Source of the DNA: an uncultured Nitrospinota bacterium
GTDB taxonomy: Bacteria > Tectomicrobia > Entotheonellia > J063 > CAVPRW01
Reading direction: 5' to 3'
Assembly: GCA_963707985.1 (NCBI GenBank)
Contig: CAVPRW010000031.1
Coordinates: 288,001-352,000, forward strand
Length of the DNA: 64,000 bases
Below the pieces are notes generated by a model. It had not been told where the DNA came from, searched no databases, and saw nothing but the letters and a program-made list of their open reading frames with translations. This document shows, piece after piece, positions 32,689-43,366 of the stretch. How positions within the stretch are numbered: position 1 is the stretch's first letter; each line of letters begins with the position of its first letter. Position numbers and translations under genes: made by a program.

Positions 32689-34560
32689 CTAGCGCTGGGG
32701 TGCAAGAGAGGGAAGGATCGAGGTAGATATTGCCGGGGTGTCGTTGAGAGATGTGTCGCGTGGCGACGAAGCAGGCCCGGCCATGGCATCTGCAGCGAAT
32801 TGAAGACTGTACAATTTGGCATACAGGCCTCCCCCAGCCAGGAGTTGCGCATGGGTGCCTTGTTCAGCGATCCGGCCGTGGTCGAGGACCAGGATACGAT
32901 CCATCTCGCGGATGGTCGACAGGCGATGGGCAATGACCAGGGCGGTACGCTGGGCGAGCAAGTGCTTCAGGCCTTCCTGGATCAAGGCTTCGGTCTCGCC
33001 ATCCACGCCGGAAGTGGCCTCGTCCAGGATCAAAATCGCGGGGTTATGTGCCAGCGCTCGCGTCAGCGACAGCAGCTGCTTCTCACCCACCGAGAGATTG
33101 GCCCCACGCTCGAATATCGGCGTCTCGAACCCCTGGGGCAGCGCATCGATGAGGCGTTCGGTACCGATCAACCTGGCTGCCTGCCGCACGTCCTCGCGGG
33201 TGATGGTACGATTGCCCAGGGTCAGATTATGCTCTAACGACGCTGAAAATAGGAATGGCTCCTGTAAAACCAAGGCAATCTGACCACGCAGGTCGGCCAG
33301 CGATATCTGTCGAATATCGACGCCGTCGAGGAGGATCTGGCCTTGCTGGGGCTCATAAAAGCGGCAGAGCAAACTGACGATGCTGCTTTTACCGGCTCCG
33401 GTCGGCCCAACCAACGCTAAGCGCTCCCCTTGGCGCAGGGTGAACGAGACATCGTGCAGCACCTGATCCCCGCGGGCATAGGCAAATGACACGTGCCGGA
33501 ACTCCACGGCATGCTGGAACGTGGACTGAGGAACCGGCTCGGGAATGTCACGGATCTCCGGGCGTTGATCAAGTAGCTGAAACACACGCTCGGCCGCAGC
33601 CATCGCCGATTGCATGAGAGTATACTGATCGCTGAAGTTGTCGATAGGCTGGAAGAAGCGCTGCACATAGGCTAAAAAGGCGGCCAACGTACCTACCGTG
33701 AGTGTCCCTTCAAGCGCCCAACTCCCACCGCGCCAAAGAATCACGGCAATGCCGATCGAGGTGATCACGCCAATGACGGGCGTGAATAGCGCCTGATACC
33801 AGATAGAGCGCAGCTGTGCCTCCATCTGCTCACCGTTGAGGCGCCGAAAATGCTCGCGGTTGAGGGTCTCGCGGCACAGCAGCTGCACCACTCGCATGCC
33901 GCTGAGATTCTCCTGCAAGTGGGCGTTGACCCGCGCCAGCTTGACCCGGATGTCGCGATAGACCTCGCGCATCGGGCCGCGAAACACCAAGAATGCACCG
34001 ATCAGGAGTGGCAGCACGAGTAGGGTGAGCAGCGCCAGAGGCGGATGTAAGGTGAGCAAAATGATCACGATGCCAACCAGGGTTAGCGCGTCAGCCAGTA
34101 TCCCTATCAGCCCATAGGTCAGCGTTTCGTTGAGGGCGTCGATATCGTTCGTTAGACGGCTCATCACCCGCCCCAGCGGATTGCGGTCATAGAACGCCGG
34201 GGACAAGGTTTGCAGGTGGGCGAACAACTGCGTGCGCAGGTCAAACATCACCCGCTGGCTCATGTAGGACATCGTCACGATCTGGGCTGCACGCACGCCC
34301 GCCGCCACGAATAGGGAGAACAAGTAGAGGCCGGTTAGGAAGGCGAGGCCAGCGTGATCGTGCAACAGAATGTAGCGATCGATGGCCACCTTGATCAGAT
34401 ACGGCCCAATCAGTTGTGCCCCCGACCAGAGCGTCATGAGCCCGGCGGCCAGGATGAAATGCTTGGTGTATGGTCGCACGTATGCCAGAAGCCGACGCAT
34501 CATACGGCGGTCGTAAAGACGACCCAACACCTCGTCTTCGGGATGCGGTGAGGAGGTCAT
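32689..34560 (-). CDS. ABC exporter half-transporter (TMD+NBD)
   Basis: GPTGAGKS, degenerate signature LSVGE, LDEATS, IAHRLS. Confidence 0.93.
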   Translation of the reverse strand: MTSSPHPEDEVLGRLYDRRMMRRLLAYVRPYTKHFILAAGLMTLWSGAQLIGPYLIKVAIDRYILLHDHAGLAFLTGLYLFSLFVAAGVRAAQIVTMSYMSQRVMFDLRTQLFAHLQTLSPAFYDRNPLGRVMSRLTNDIDALNETLTYGLIGILADALTLVGIVIILLTLHPPLALLTLLVLPLLIGAFLVFRGPMREVYRDIRVKLARVNAHLQENLSGMRVVQLLCRETLNREHFRRLNGEQMEAQLRSIWYQALFTPVIGVITSIGIAVILWRGGSWALEGTLTVGTLAAFLAYVQRFFQPIDNFSDQYTLMQSAMAAAERVFQLLDQRPEIRDIPEPVPQSTFQHAVEFRHVSFAYARGDQVLHDVSFTLRQGERLALVGPTGAGKSSIVSLLCRFYEPQQGQILLDGVDIRQISLADLRGQIALVLQEPFLFSASLEHNLTLGNRTITREDVRQAARLIGTERLIDALPQGFETPIFERGANLSVGEKQLLSLTRALAHNPAILILDEATSGVDGETEALIQEGLKHLLAQRTALVIAHRLSTIREMDRILVLDHGRIAEQGTHAQLLAGGGLYAKLYSLQFAADAMAGPASSPRDTSLNDTPAISTSILPSLAPQR

Positions 34561-34605
34561 ACGCGGTGCCTTAGAACATCGTCCCTGGTGGTCAGTGCCC
34601 CAAAC

Positions 34606-36381
34606 TCACGCCAGGCTCTCACGCAAACACTGGTGCTCATACAATTGACGATAGAGTCCCCCGTGGTCCAGTAACTGCTGATGTGTGCCCTCGGCGACGA
34701 TGCACCCATCGGCCATCACGATGATGCGATGCGCTGCCTGCAACGTTTTGATGCGGTGGGTGATCAGCAGCACCAGGCGCTCACGGGCCACGGCGCGTAT
34801 GGTCTCGAGTAGCCGCTCCTCGGTCTCGGCGTCGACATTGGAGAATGGATCATCGAGGACCAATACCTCGCCGCCACAGAGCAGCGCTCGCCCTAGGGCC
34901 ACGCGCTGCTTCTGGCCGCCGGAGAGCGTGATGCCGCGCTCTCCAACCATCGTAGCAATCCCGTGTGGAAACAATTGAATCGACTCCCACAGGCAAGTGT
35001 CATGGGCGATGCCCTGGATGGTTTCTGGCGGGGCGTCTGGTCGTCCATAGGCCAGATTCTCAGCCACGGAGGCGGAAAAGAGAAAGGTTTCCTGTGGTAC
35101 CACCGCGACGCGGCGACGGAGCTCCTGTAACGGGAGCACACGCACATCGACACCATCAAGCCTCACTTGGCCGGCTGAGACATCGTATAGGCGTGGGATA
35201 AGATGGCCGATGGTGCTCTTCCCCGCGCCGCTCGGTCCCGTGATGGCGACCAACTCTCCTCTCCAACCCTGGAAATTAATGCCGTGCAGAACCGACCGTC
35301 CGTTGTAGGCGAAATCCACCTCCTGAAACACGACGAGAGGCTGTTCACGAGCGCTGTCGGTCGAGGCGCGCACGACCGCGTCGGTCTGTGCCGGCACGGT
35401 TGGCGCTGGGGCGGTCGAGAGAATCTCCTCGATTCGGCCAAGCGAGGCCACCGCACGCTGTGCCAGGCTAATCATCCAGCCCAGCGTCGTGAGGGGTTTG
35501 GCCAGGAGCCCTACGTAGCCGATGAACGCCACGAATTCGCCCAGTGTGAGACGGCCAGACATCACCTGACTGCCCCCAAACCAGAGCACCATGCCACCCG
35601 TGGCGGTGCCAAGGCAGAAAATCATCGGCAAATAGATGGCTCGCTCCCATGCCGCGGCCATGGCGCGCCGGAACAATTCCTGGTTGATGTCGCGGAAGCG
35701 GGCCGTCTCCGACTGTTCCTGGCGGTACGCTTGAATAAGTCTGATCCCGGCCAGATTTTCCTGTAACGCGGTCGTCATCTGGCCATACTGCTCCTGAACT
35801 GCCAGATAGCGTGGTCGCAGACGCTTGCGAAACCGCATCACCGCGTATCCCAGGAGGGGGAACATCGTGGAAACAAGCAAGGTCAGCGGCCAGCTCATGA
35901 GGGACATCAACACGAGGGCCGCGATGAACAGGAACAGCATTTCCAGGAAGCTGCTCAAACTCCAGTTGATGAACATCCGCACGCCTTCCACGTCCGAGGT
36001 GGCACGAGACATGATGTCCCCAGTGTTGGCTTGGTCGAAGAAGACGGGCGGCAGGGATTGGAGATGGGCAAAAATTCGGTTACGAAGATCATACGCAATG
36101 CGCTGTCCCATACCGGCGATGCGCTGATAGGCCAGATATTCGCCCCAGCCTTTGCCGATCGTCAGCAGGATCACCGCTAGCCCATATAACAGCAGCGGAG
36201 TCGAATGCCCATGTTGCACAATGCTGTCGATGCCGCCGCGAAAGGTGAGGGGAATGAGCACTGTCAGGCCGCTCGCGGCGGCAGTAGCGAGGAGCCCGAT
36301 GGAGAAATCCCAGCGATACGGGCGGATGTGGCGTGCCAGGTGGGCATAAAATCGTTGAGTTGTCGTGGACGCTTTGGTCAC
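34606..36381 (-). CDS. ABC exporter half-transporter (TMD+NBD), partner with degenerate Walker B
   Basis: GPSGAGKS, LSGGQ, VLDD instead of LDE. Confidence 0.92.
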   Translation of the reverse strand: MTKASTTTQRFYAHLARHIRPYRWDFSIGLLATAAASGLTVLIPLTFRGGIDSIVQHGHSTPLLLYGLAVILLTIGKGWGEYLAYQRIAGMGQRIAYDLRNRIFAHLQSLPPVFFDQANTGDIMSRATSDVEGVRMFINWSLSSFLEMLFLFIAALVLMSLMSWPLTLLVSTMFPLLGYAVMRFRKRLRPRYLAVQEQYGQMTTALQENLAGIRLIQAYRQEQSETARFRDINQELFRRAMAAAWERAIYLPMIFCLGTATGGMVLWFGGSQVMSGRLTLGEFVAFIGYVGLLAKPLTTLGWMISLAQRAVASLGRIEEILSTAPAPTVPAQTDAVVRASTDSAREQPLVVFQEVDFAYNGRSVLHGINFQGWRGELVAITGPSGAGKSTIGHLIPRLYDVSAGQVRLDGVDVRVLPLQELRRRVAVVPQETFLFSASVAENLAYGRPDAPPETIQGIAHDTCLWESIQLFPHGIATMVGERGITLSGGQKQRVALGRALLCGGEVLVLDDPFSNVDAETEERLLETIRAVARERLVLLITHRIKTLQAAHRIIVMADGCIVAEGTHQQLLDHGGLYRQLYEHQCLRESLA

Positions 36382-37850
36382 AAATCACTTAAGAGGTCGG
36401 CGACCACAGCGTCGACACCAAGTGTCGAGCCATTGACCTGGGCGACGAGGTCCTCGAACGTATGGAATGGGCTTTGCCGCCAAAACTCGTGCAAGGCCAG
36501 TCGAGCATCCGGTTCGCGGAACCATTCCTCGGCATAGAGCCGCTGCAGTTGCTGGCGGATGGCGGCACCCAACACCCAGCCCCGCACATTCCAAAAGCTG
36601 CTGAAGCCAGGGTCGATGTCATACAGATAGTAGCTCTCTGGGTAGGTAAAGCCGCTGGCACGACGCAATGCGTCCCGATAAGCTTCTTCCTTGCCGTCAA
36701 GGACCGCGTCTTCATAGAACGTGCGCTCGTAGAGGCATTTGCCGATATAGCGACGCACGACATAGAGCCGTTCGAGCCGTGCCAAGCTTAACCCCTCCTC
36801 GGGTTGTTGGACGTGCCGGTACATTTGCACCCAGCGTGGCGTGCGGTTCAACCCGCCGTACAACTCTGCTTGCGCTTCCAGCACGGACGGATCGGGGAAA
36901 CAGCGGAGCTGGCGGGGAACGTCGGCGGGCAAGGACGCCAGCAGCAGGCTCTTCCCCGTTTCGCGAAAGGCTTGGGCATACCCTCGCATCCCCTCCGATG
37001 GTGCCAGGGCTAGGCGAATGTCTCCTGGAATCTCCAGGGCCGCACACCACGCCCCTCCTGCCAGCATGGGGTACTGCTCGATACGTAGGTTGCCTGGTTC
37101 ATCGGGCTGCCAGCCCCAGTCGCGCAGCCATTGCTGCAAGCAAGGGAGCATCTCACCTCGCGGGAACCAAGTAGCCGTCTCATCCACCCCGAATAGGGCA
37201 AGCATGTCATGCCGTTTGGCCTCCTCGAGCCTGATCCCGAGGGTGCGTTTGAGATGCCACTGCATGCGCTCGTGATAGGTGTCGTCCGTTTCCCGGAGAA
37301 TGGCTTCAAGCGGTTGTATAAACGCATCCAGACGCACGCCAAAGAGTTCTTCCCACAGCATGATGAGGTTCGGATATCCAAGGACTTCGACGACGCCAAA
37401 CAGCCCGCTCCAGAAGTCGCGATACAGTGGCTGGAAGCCCTGAATCAGACTAGTGGCGGTGCTGTCCAGCGCCTCACGCAGCACCCGTTTGCGTTCCAAA
37501 GCCAGGCGTGCGCTCACCTGCCAAAAAGGCACCGGCTCATCAAGAATTGGCACCTCGACGACGGCAGCTTGCTGTCGATCTTGAATGGTTGTGCTGGAGC
37601 CGTGCGTCTGGCGGAGCAAGTATTCACCGATGGTAAAGCGGAATAAATGGCGCAGCCCGAGCGTCTGTGGAGCATCGGCGACTCGCAGAGCGGCCTGCAG
37701 ATCGCGGACGATTGCCGGGGTTGGCCAATCGGCCTCATCGCTCTCAACGTCCCAGTCATGCAGAGGACCAACCCGCCGACGATACTCATCGCGCACTCGC
37801 GCCCGTCGGCGCAGTTCAGCTTGTGTGAGGACTTCAGTGATAGTTTCCAT
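36378..37850 (-). CDS. M3/M32 peptidase-like protein with degenerate Zn motif
   Basis: AWCAALEIPGDIRL followed by FRETGKS where HExGH is expected; GTGA overlap with the ABC gene. Confidence 0.5.
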   Translation of the reverse strand: METITEVLTQAELRRRARVRDEYRRRVGPLHDWDVESDEADWPTPAIVRDLQAALRVADAPQTLGLRHLFRFTIGEYLLRQTHGSSTTIQDRQQAAVVEVPILDEPVPFWQVSARLALERKRVLREALDSTATSLIQGFQPLYRDFWSGLFGVVEVLGYPNLIMLWEELFGVRLDAFIQPLEAILRETDDTYHERMQWHLKRTLGIRLEEAKRHDMLALFGVDETATWFPRGEMLPCLQQWLRDWGWQPDEPGNLRIEQYPMLAGGAWCAALEIPGDIRLALAPSEGMRGYAQAFRETGKSLLLASLPADVPRQLRCFPDPSVLEAQAELYGGLNRTPRWVQMYRHVQQPEEGLSLARLERLYVVRRYIGKCLYERTFYEDAVLDGKEEAYRDALRRASGFTYPESYYLYDIDPGFSSFWNVRGWVLGAAIRQQLQRLYAEEWFREPDARLALHEFWRQSPFHTFEDLVAQVNGSTLGVDAVVADLLSDL

Positions 37851-38028
37851 GGCAAACCTCCGAGTATACGGTAGCAAAGTTCCGGCCTGAAGGCAATCGT
37901 CATCCTGGTGAAAAGTCGCTCGTCCCCTTTGAGAAGCAGAGGCATAAGCGCCCGGTTAAGCCATAGACTCCTGTGGGGCGAGCAACCGTACCTCCTCCCC
38001 CCTTCCTAGCCCATGCCCATTTTTTCGC

Positions 38029-38300
38029 TTACAGGGCGTGGATGAGACTAGAGGGCTGGGCGAGCTGCTGGGCCAGGGCCAGCGCCGCCTGGCAGCCGGC
38101 CACCACCTGGTCGGGGTAGCCAAGGAGCCAGAGGGACGGCGCCGTGAGCATGTGGCAACACACTCCAGGATTATCTGCGCTGGAGAGCGCGGCATGGGTG
38201 CGGTGCTGTTGCGAATCGTAGAGCCGCCTGCCCTGGTCCAGAGGTACTTGGGGGCCAACAAGCTCACCGCCAAAGAACAAGCTGGCCCACAGGGAGTGGT
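38029..38300 (-). pseudogene. Fragment of AAA/TPR adenylate-cyclase-type regulator
   Basis: LYDSQQHRTHA...PGVCC...LWLLGYPDQ...ALALAQQLAQPSSL, characteristic TPR region, no flanking gene. Confidence 0.7.
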
Positions 38301-38539
38301 CGGCCTGCAGCAGGCACTTGCCAAGGTCGTCGGCAGAGTACTGAAGCCATGGCAGCTGGAACGGCCGCCGTGTACTGCTACGAATGCTGGACAGGCCCAG
38401 CAGGACAGGTTATGGTAGGGGAAATGCCAGGATGGGTTAGCCAATTTCACCTGTATGGGTCAGAGCTCACGCCTGCCATGGCCATGGTTGGCACATCGAC
38501 GCACGTCTGTCGGGCCTGAAGTATCATAGGGAGACAGGA

Positions 38540-38768
38540 ATGCCCGCTGCCGTTTGGATGGGATGCAGAGAAAGCTGGGGAGAACCTCGGAAAGCATCGG
38601 ATCCCTTTTGAGGAAGCCGAGACAGTGTTTGATGATCCTCTGTCACAGGCGCTCCTCGACCCAGATCATTCTGCAGGGGAAGAGCGTTATCTCGAAATTG
38701 GTTATTTAGCCGTAGGCGGTCGCTCCTGGTAAGCTATACCGAGCGGCAGGGCTGTGTACACATCACTC
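38540..38768 (+). pseudogene. brnT: BrnT toxin, 5' part (frameshifted, interrupted)
   Basis: FGWDAEKAGENLGKHRIPFEEAETVFDDP...DPDHSAGEERY...LLVSYTER. Confidence 0.85.
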
Positions 38769-40398
38769 AATCAGTCCACACGAGATTGGGACACTCTGGT
38801 TCTCCGAAGGACTCGGCCAGAATGGGGACGCCGCAATCCGCGTGTACCAATGTTGGGTGGTTCGATTTAGCGTTGCAGGGGGGCTGAAGGATGGTATCCG
38901 AAGACGGTCCGATGTTCTACCCAGAGCACTACCCAGGCGCCGACCTCGGCGCGAAAATCCACAACGTTGTCCAGGAAATCCCCGCGTCGGGCGGGACCAT
39001 CGACGCTCGCCGCTTCACGGGTAACCAGGCGATATCCGCTACGGTCATCGTCGACCGCCCGATCGTTCTCCTGCTCGGCCATGCCCAGATCACCATCAGT
39101 GCGACCCCTGGCATCCTCACGACTGGTTCTGGCCGATTGAGTATCGAAGGAGTGCCCATCGAAGGCACTGGGCTGTATACGTCCCTCGCTCAGTGCGAAA
39201 TGATTAAACACACGGCGAATTCAATGTTTCAGTGTAGAAACCTTTACTTTGCCCCGAGCGTAACGCAGACCGGCGGGGCCGCGATCTCTATTGTCCCGAC
39301 CACTTACGCCAATCGTCACCTCGTGCAAGAGTGTGACTTCGAAAGCATGTATCGGTGTATCGTGATAGGCAATGCGAACACGATTCTGATCGATCACTGC
39401 GGCTTTTCAAATACCGTTTATGCCGGGATACTATCTTGCTATATCCCGGCCGCTTCGGACTCCGGGCAGACCTACATCACCAACTGCGTCTTCAACACTA
39501 ACAATGCCGCATCGGCTATTGGCGTGCACTGGTTGGACTCCAGCGGGTTGTATATGGTGAATAACACGATCCTTGCGCATTTCTACGGGGTGCTCGTGGA
39601 GTGCACACAGGACGTCGGCGCCTTTAACGAGTTCATGTTCTACAACAACCGTATCAGCCATCAGCGCTCATACGGGATTCTCTGTAAGCGCTCCGCGAGT
39701 ACGGGAGTCCTCCAAGGCATTCAGGTGTTTGGGAATTCCTTCGGTCTCACGGACGCCGACGCGGCGGCTGGTTTCTCCCTCCAGACCGTCAGCGCCGGCT
39801 TCGCCCAAAACGTCATCATTCAGGGCAACTACTTTTCGATGACCCGGGCCACCCATCAGGGGTGTGAGATCGCTGGCGGTACCAACATCACGATCGGTGG
39901 GAACATGTTCACTACTAGCAACGCTGCCGCCCAAGCCGTCAACGTCGGGAGCCTGCCCGTCGGACTGAGCGTGTTACCAAACTCTTACTATGGCTTCACG
40001 ACACGGCTCACCAATGCCTCGGACACCACGGTCGTTTACCCTGCGGCTGTGAGCTCACCCACTGATGGACAGGTCGCCATGGTTGTCCAGCGCAACGTCG
40101 GCGGGGTCATCACCACGCAACAAGTCAGCATGGGAGAGGCGGACTCGGGTGGAGCCGGATTTAGGCTGCTCCGCGTGCCGAACTAAATCAGTCCACACAA
40201 GATTGGTCCACTCATGCCGCGCATGCCGCAGCCTTGGCGTGTTCCTGTGCGATCCGCTTCTCAACGGCTGCGGTGACTGCGGGCTCATCGTAAAGGTCTG
40301 ACAACTTGTACTGCCGGGGGCCGTTCAGGTGCACATGGCCTTCCACATCTGCCACCAGATCGGCTAACCGTGCTGTGCCAATCTTGTGTGGACTGATT
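38769..40398. mobile_element. Composite non-autonomous transposon: MITE 38769-38867 + cargo gene + MITE 40186-40398
   Basis: TIR AATCAGTCCACACRAGATTGG at 38769 and 40186, inverted at 38847 (5 mismatches vs the 40378 copy) and 40378 (perfect). TA flanks. Excision rejoins the brnT frame. Confidence 0.85.
38891..40186 (+). CDS. Right-handed beta-helix (pectate-lyase/tailspike-like) protein
   Basis: Repeated N-x-I-x-G/N-N-x-F coils; C-terminal GEADSGGAGFRLLRVPN as recalled from phage tail proteins. Confidence 0.7.
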   Translation: MVSEDGPMFYPEHYPGADLGAKIHNVVQEIPASGGTIDARRFTGNQAISATVIVDRPIVLLLGHAQITISATPGILTTGSGRLSIEGVPIEGTGLYTSLAQCEMIKHTANSMFQCRNLYFAPSVTQTGGAAISIVPTTYANRHLVQECDFESMYRCIVIGNANTILIDHCGFSNTVYAGILSCYIPAASDSGQTYITNCVFNTNNAASAIGVHWLDSSGLYMVNNTILAHFYGVLVECTQDVGAFNEFMFYNNRISHQRSYGILCKRSASTGVLQGIQVFGNSFGLTDADAAAGFSLQTVSAGFAQNVIIQGNYFSMTRATHQGCEIAGGTNITIGGNMFTTSNAAAQAVNVGSLPVGLSVLPNSYYGFTTRLTNASDTTVVYPAAVSSPTDGQVAMVVQRNVGGVITTQQVSMGEADSGGAGFRLLRVPN

Positions 40399-40471
40399 TA
40401 GTGTACGTCGTGCCACGCGGAAGGAGAGGCAGAGCTATGAAGCAGGGTCAGGCACACCACCTCGTATTTGA
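40399..40471 (+). pseudogene. brnT: BrnT toxin, 3' part
   Basis: SVRRATRKERQSYE matches the BrnT C-terminal ISARxATxxERxxYE motif. Confidence 0.85.
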
Positions 40472-40732
40472 GGCTGACAAGCCATTACTAGATGCCGGGG
40501 ACATGCGTCCAGAACCTGAAGCAAGTTGGGGAGCGGGGACGCTTTCACAAGGCCCGGCGCGAGGGCTACACGACCGTCGTGACACATCCGGATGGCACCA
40601 AGGAGATCACCCGCCACCATTATCGCCCCGTGCCAGGTAGTGTGGTCCTGGATCAGGACGTGCGCGCATACTTCCCCGACTCCGAGGCGGTTAACGCCGC
40701 CCTGCGCGGGCTCATGGCGCTGATTCCGGCTC
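40437..40732 (+). pseudogene. BrnA-like antitoxin, frameshifted and cut by IS end
   Basis: DMRPE...VVLDQDVRAYFPDSEAVNAALRGL; start overlaps the brnT end. Confidence 0.75.
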
Positions 40733-42065
40733 AGCTCGACTTTTGCCCTTTTGCGAGGCATAGGGGTGAGCGTCGTTGCCGCCCCCACTAGGCTGCGGGG
40801 GCCAGGGCATACAGGATGGTTTCCTGGAGCGAGCGCGAGAGTTTTGAGCACTCCTCGGGATCATCCTGGGTGTGAAGACACCACGGCTTCCATAGGGCGC
40901 GCCGTACGCACGTGATCATGTCAGAAAAGGTCACCGTCGATTTGCCCCTCCAGAAGACGGCCCCAAGAGTTCTTGAGGTCTTCGGGAGCTGAAGAGAGAG
41001 CAGCACAATCGTTGTATATCATCCCCATAAGCAGGGGGTGAGTCGGAGGACGGTGGCTTGGCCCTAACCCTTCGTGAATTCCAGCTTCAGGTATGCGCGG
41101 CATTCTTCGAAGGTCGTGTCAATGGACCAGCGTTGTGTGTCACACGCCACGATCTGCTGCGGCCTCATCGTGATGTCTGTGGTCAAGAGATACTCGTCAC
41201 GAGGGGTCCCTGTACAATCATGGACGTAGACCCAGCGGACTGCCACCAGGTCCGCCCCGAGGCGGTACCAGTGACCCGTGCCCGTGACCACCTCAATGTC
41301 TCGGGTGCTTCCGCCATCCCATGCCACGGTGCGGCTGGTGCGGTTGACCGTGGTCGCCACGACCGCTTGTGGGGACGCGAGGTTCCGGCCTTTCACACGC
41401 GGGCGTCCCATGGTGTGACGCGTACGCGGGGGAGGAGGTTCGTACCAGGCGGCATCACCATAACACTTGCTGACCAACGTGAGGTGACGCCCGGTGTGCG
41501 ACAAAACCGTGCGGTCTCGCTGGTGCCGTACCCGGTATCCCCCACAACGATGAACTGGCGCGCTGGAAACCAGCGTACCACGCGTGCCAAGCGGAGTCGG
41601 GCCAGAGGCGCCGGCGTTTGATGGCGCGTCCCATGGACCTGATCCCAGGCGGGGTCGCGATACAAGGCCCCCAACACCGGGAGTGCCCAGGGTCTGACCG
41701 CGAACGGAAACTTGACTCGTACCGACACGACGACCCCCTGATGCCCCCACCGATACGCCGTATCGCTGTGGGTCGAGCGCACGCCATCGCGATGGCGTCC
41801 CTTGCCGAAGACGTGGGGCCCGGGCGTTCTGCGACCGTCTCATCCCCGGCCAGCCACACAGGGCCCCTCGGCACGACATAGTTCAGCAGAAAGGTCAGCA
41901 ACCTGCGGGCCAGCTCCCATGCCGACCAGCGTCGCTGTGAACACACCCGATGATCTGAGGAGACATGGCCCGTGGCATGATGACGCACGGGCCGTACGCT
42001 ATTGGTGATGGTCTGGCGACTGCTCGTCAAGATGGCCCCGAGCCACAGCACGAGGGGGGTCACAC
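40733..42065 (-). mobile_element. Degenerate IS701/IS4-like element with multiply frameshifted DDE transposase
   Basis: SSDHRVCSQRRWS, LAGDETVAE, RPWALPVL..LYR, VVGDTGYG, QRWSIDTTFEECRAYL, TFSDMITCVRR; end AGCTCGACTTTTGCC. Confidence 0.85.
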
Positions 42066-42080
42066 CTCAGATGAGCCGGC

Positions 42081-42167
42081 TTAACTCCCCACTGGCGTAT
42101 AGGAGCTCGCGGCCATGTGTGCCGTCCAGCCCTCGCCAAAATTACCTTTACCTTAGTGCGGAGTTAA
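42081..42167. repeat. Short inverted-repeat element TTAACTCCSCACT
   Basis: 13-bp IR, one mismatch, at the point where the transposase 5' end is lost. Confidence 0.45.
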
Positions 42168-42296
42168 CTCGACCTTGTTTATTCGAGACCAGCTTCACCA
42201 GCAACCACGCCACATAGCGGTAGGACGAGGCTTCCACCAAGGAAAAGCCCACATGGGCAATTTTGCGGGGTTACGATGAACCGATACGGTTGGCTT

Positions 42297-42554
42297 GGGG
42301 TATGTTCAGGATACGTGTAAAAACCGGTCACAGGTAGATAAAACAACCACTTGCATGGTGTTCTAAGGTTGCTTGCACTCGCCACACAGTTCCATCCGTG
42401 CAGAGGCAGGTGTCCGAAAAAGGTTCTACCGAGCTGGGATATAACAGGCTGTTTTTACACGCATGAAGTTCAATAGGCCTTCCGTCCGATAAGGTCTACT
42501 TTTCTGGACTGACTTCCCTGTGGCCGGAAATTACACGTATCCTGAACATACCCC
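42297..42554. mobile_element. 258-bp MITE, Tn3-like ends
   Basis: 38-bp TIR starting GGGGTATGTTCAGGATACGTGTAA (34/38), 5-bp TSD GGCTT. Confidence 0.9.
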
Positions 42555-43366
42555 GGCTTAAGTCCCCACTCAGGTAAACAAAATTATGACGCGGTTTGTG
42601 CCGTCCGGCAAATCTCGTGGTCGCTCCATGGTCCCCTCACATTTTTTTCGTCAGGTGTCAGGAATCGCCCTCAGATGGGGTATATATACAAGGGTGTCGA
42701 TCGACTCGGTCTGCGCTGGGGTAGAGTTGCGGTCCCATCACGGGGGAGCGGGACGAAAGCCCTGCCATGAGCCCGTGAGGGGGGAATCAACGTACCACTA
42801 CCCCTGAGCCGCCAGCGCCTGCAGGCGAGAGTGCAACGCCACCAGCGCCGCATGACCTGCTCCATGATCCAGGCCTCAGCCTCCCCTTTGATGTGCCAGT
42901 GGTTCCCCATTGCACCCCCTAGAGCCAACTGCCGCAAATGGACATAACTCCTATTCTGTCAACTTTTTCCGCCCGTAACATATTGATTTTACATATATGA
43001 TCAAACATGATCACTTCTGGGGGGCGCGCCGTCCGGGAATTATGATCTTCGATGCGCTCCATGGCTCATCACTCGACACCTTGGAGACGAAACCTGATCA
43101 ACTGACCCACCTGTCATGACCCAGAATTCATCCGGCCTGAAATCGTTGGCTCTGTTCGTGCCCACAGCCCATGCTGGCCGGCCATGAAGACGCGTGGGCA
43201 GCCCCTGTTCCCGAAGTTGACCGCTGCGTCACTACAGTGATGCAACTAAAGATTCCGGGGTTTTGATGCCACATCGTTGTCACACCTGATTTTTGACACC
43301 TGCCAAGTAGCGGAAAAAATCACATCCCATCGGATTTAGTGGTAGAGGGGGTATGAGCCACAGTGG

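Noticed and set aside
38769..40398. Integron cassette with attC sites
   Set aside because: No GTTRRRY core or integrase; the ends behave as TA-flanked TIRs
42680..42940. Group II intron or structured ncRNA
   Set aside because: No domain V consensus recognised; cannot be supported without a covariance search
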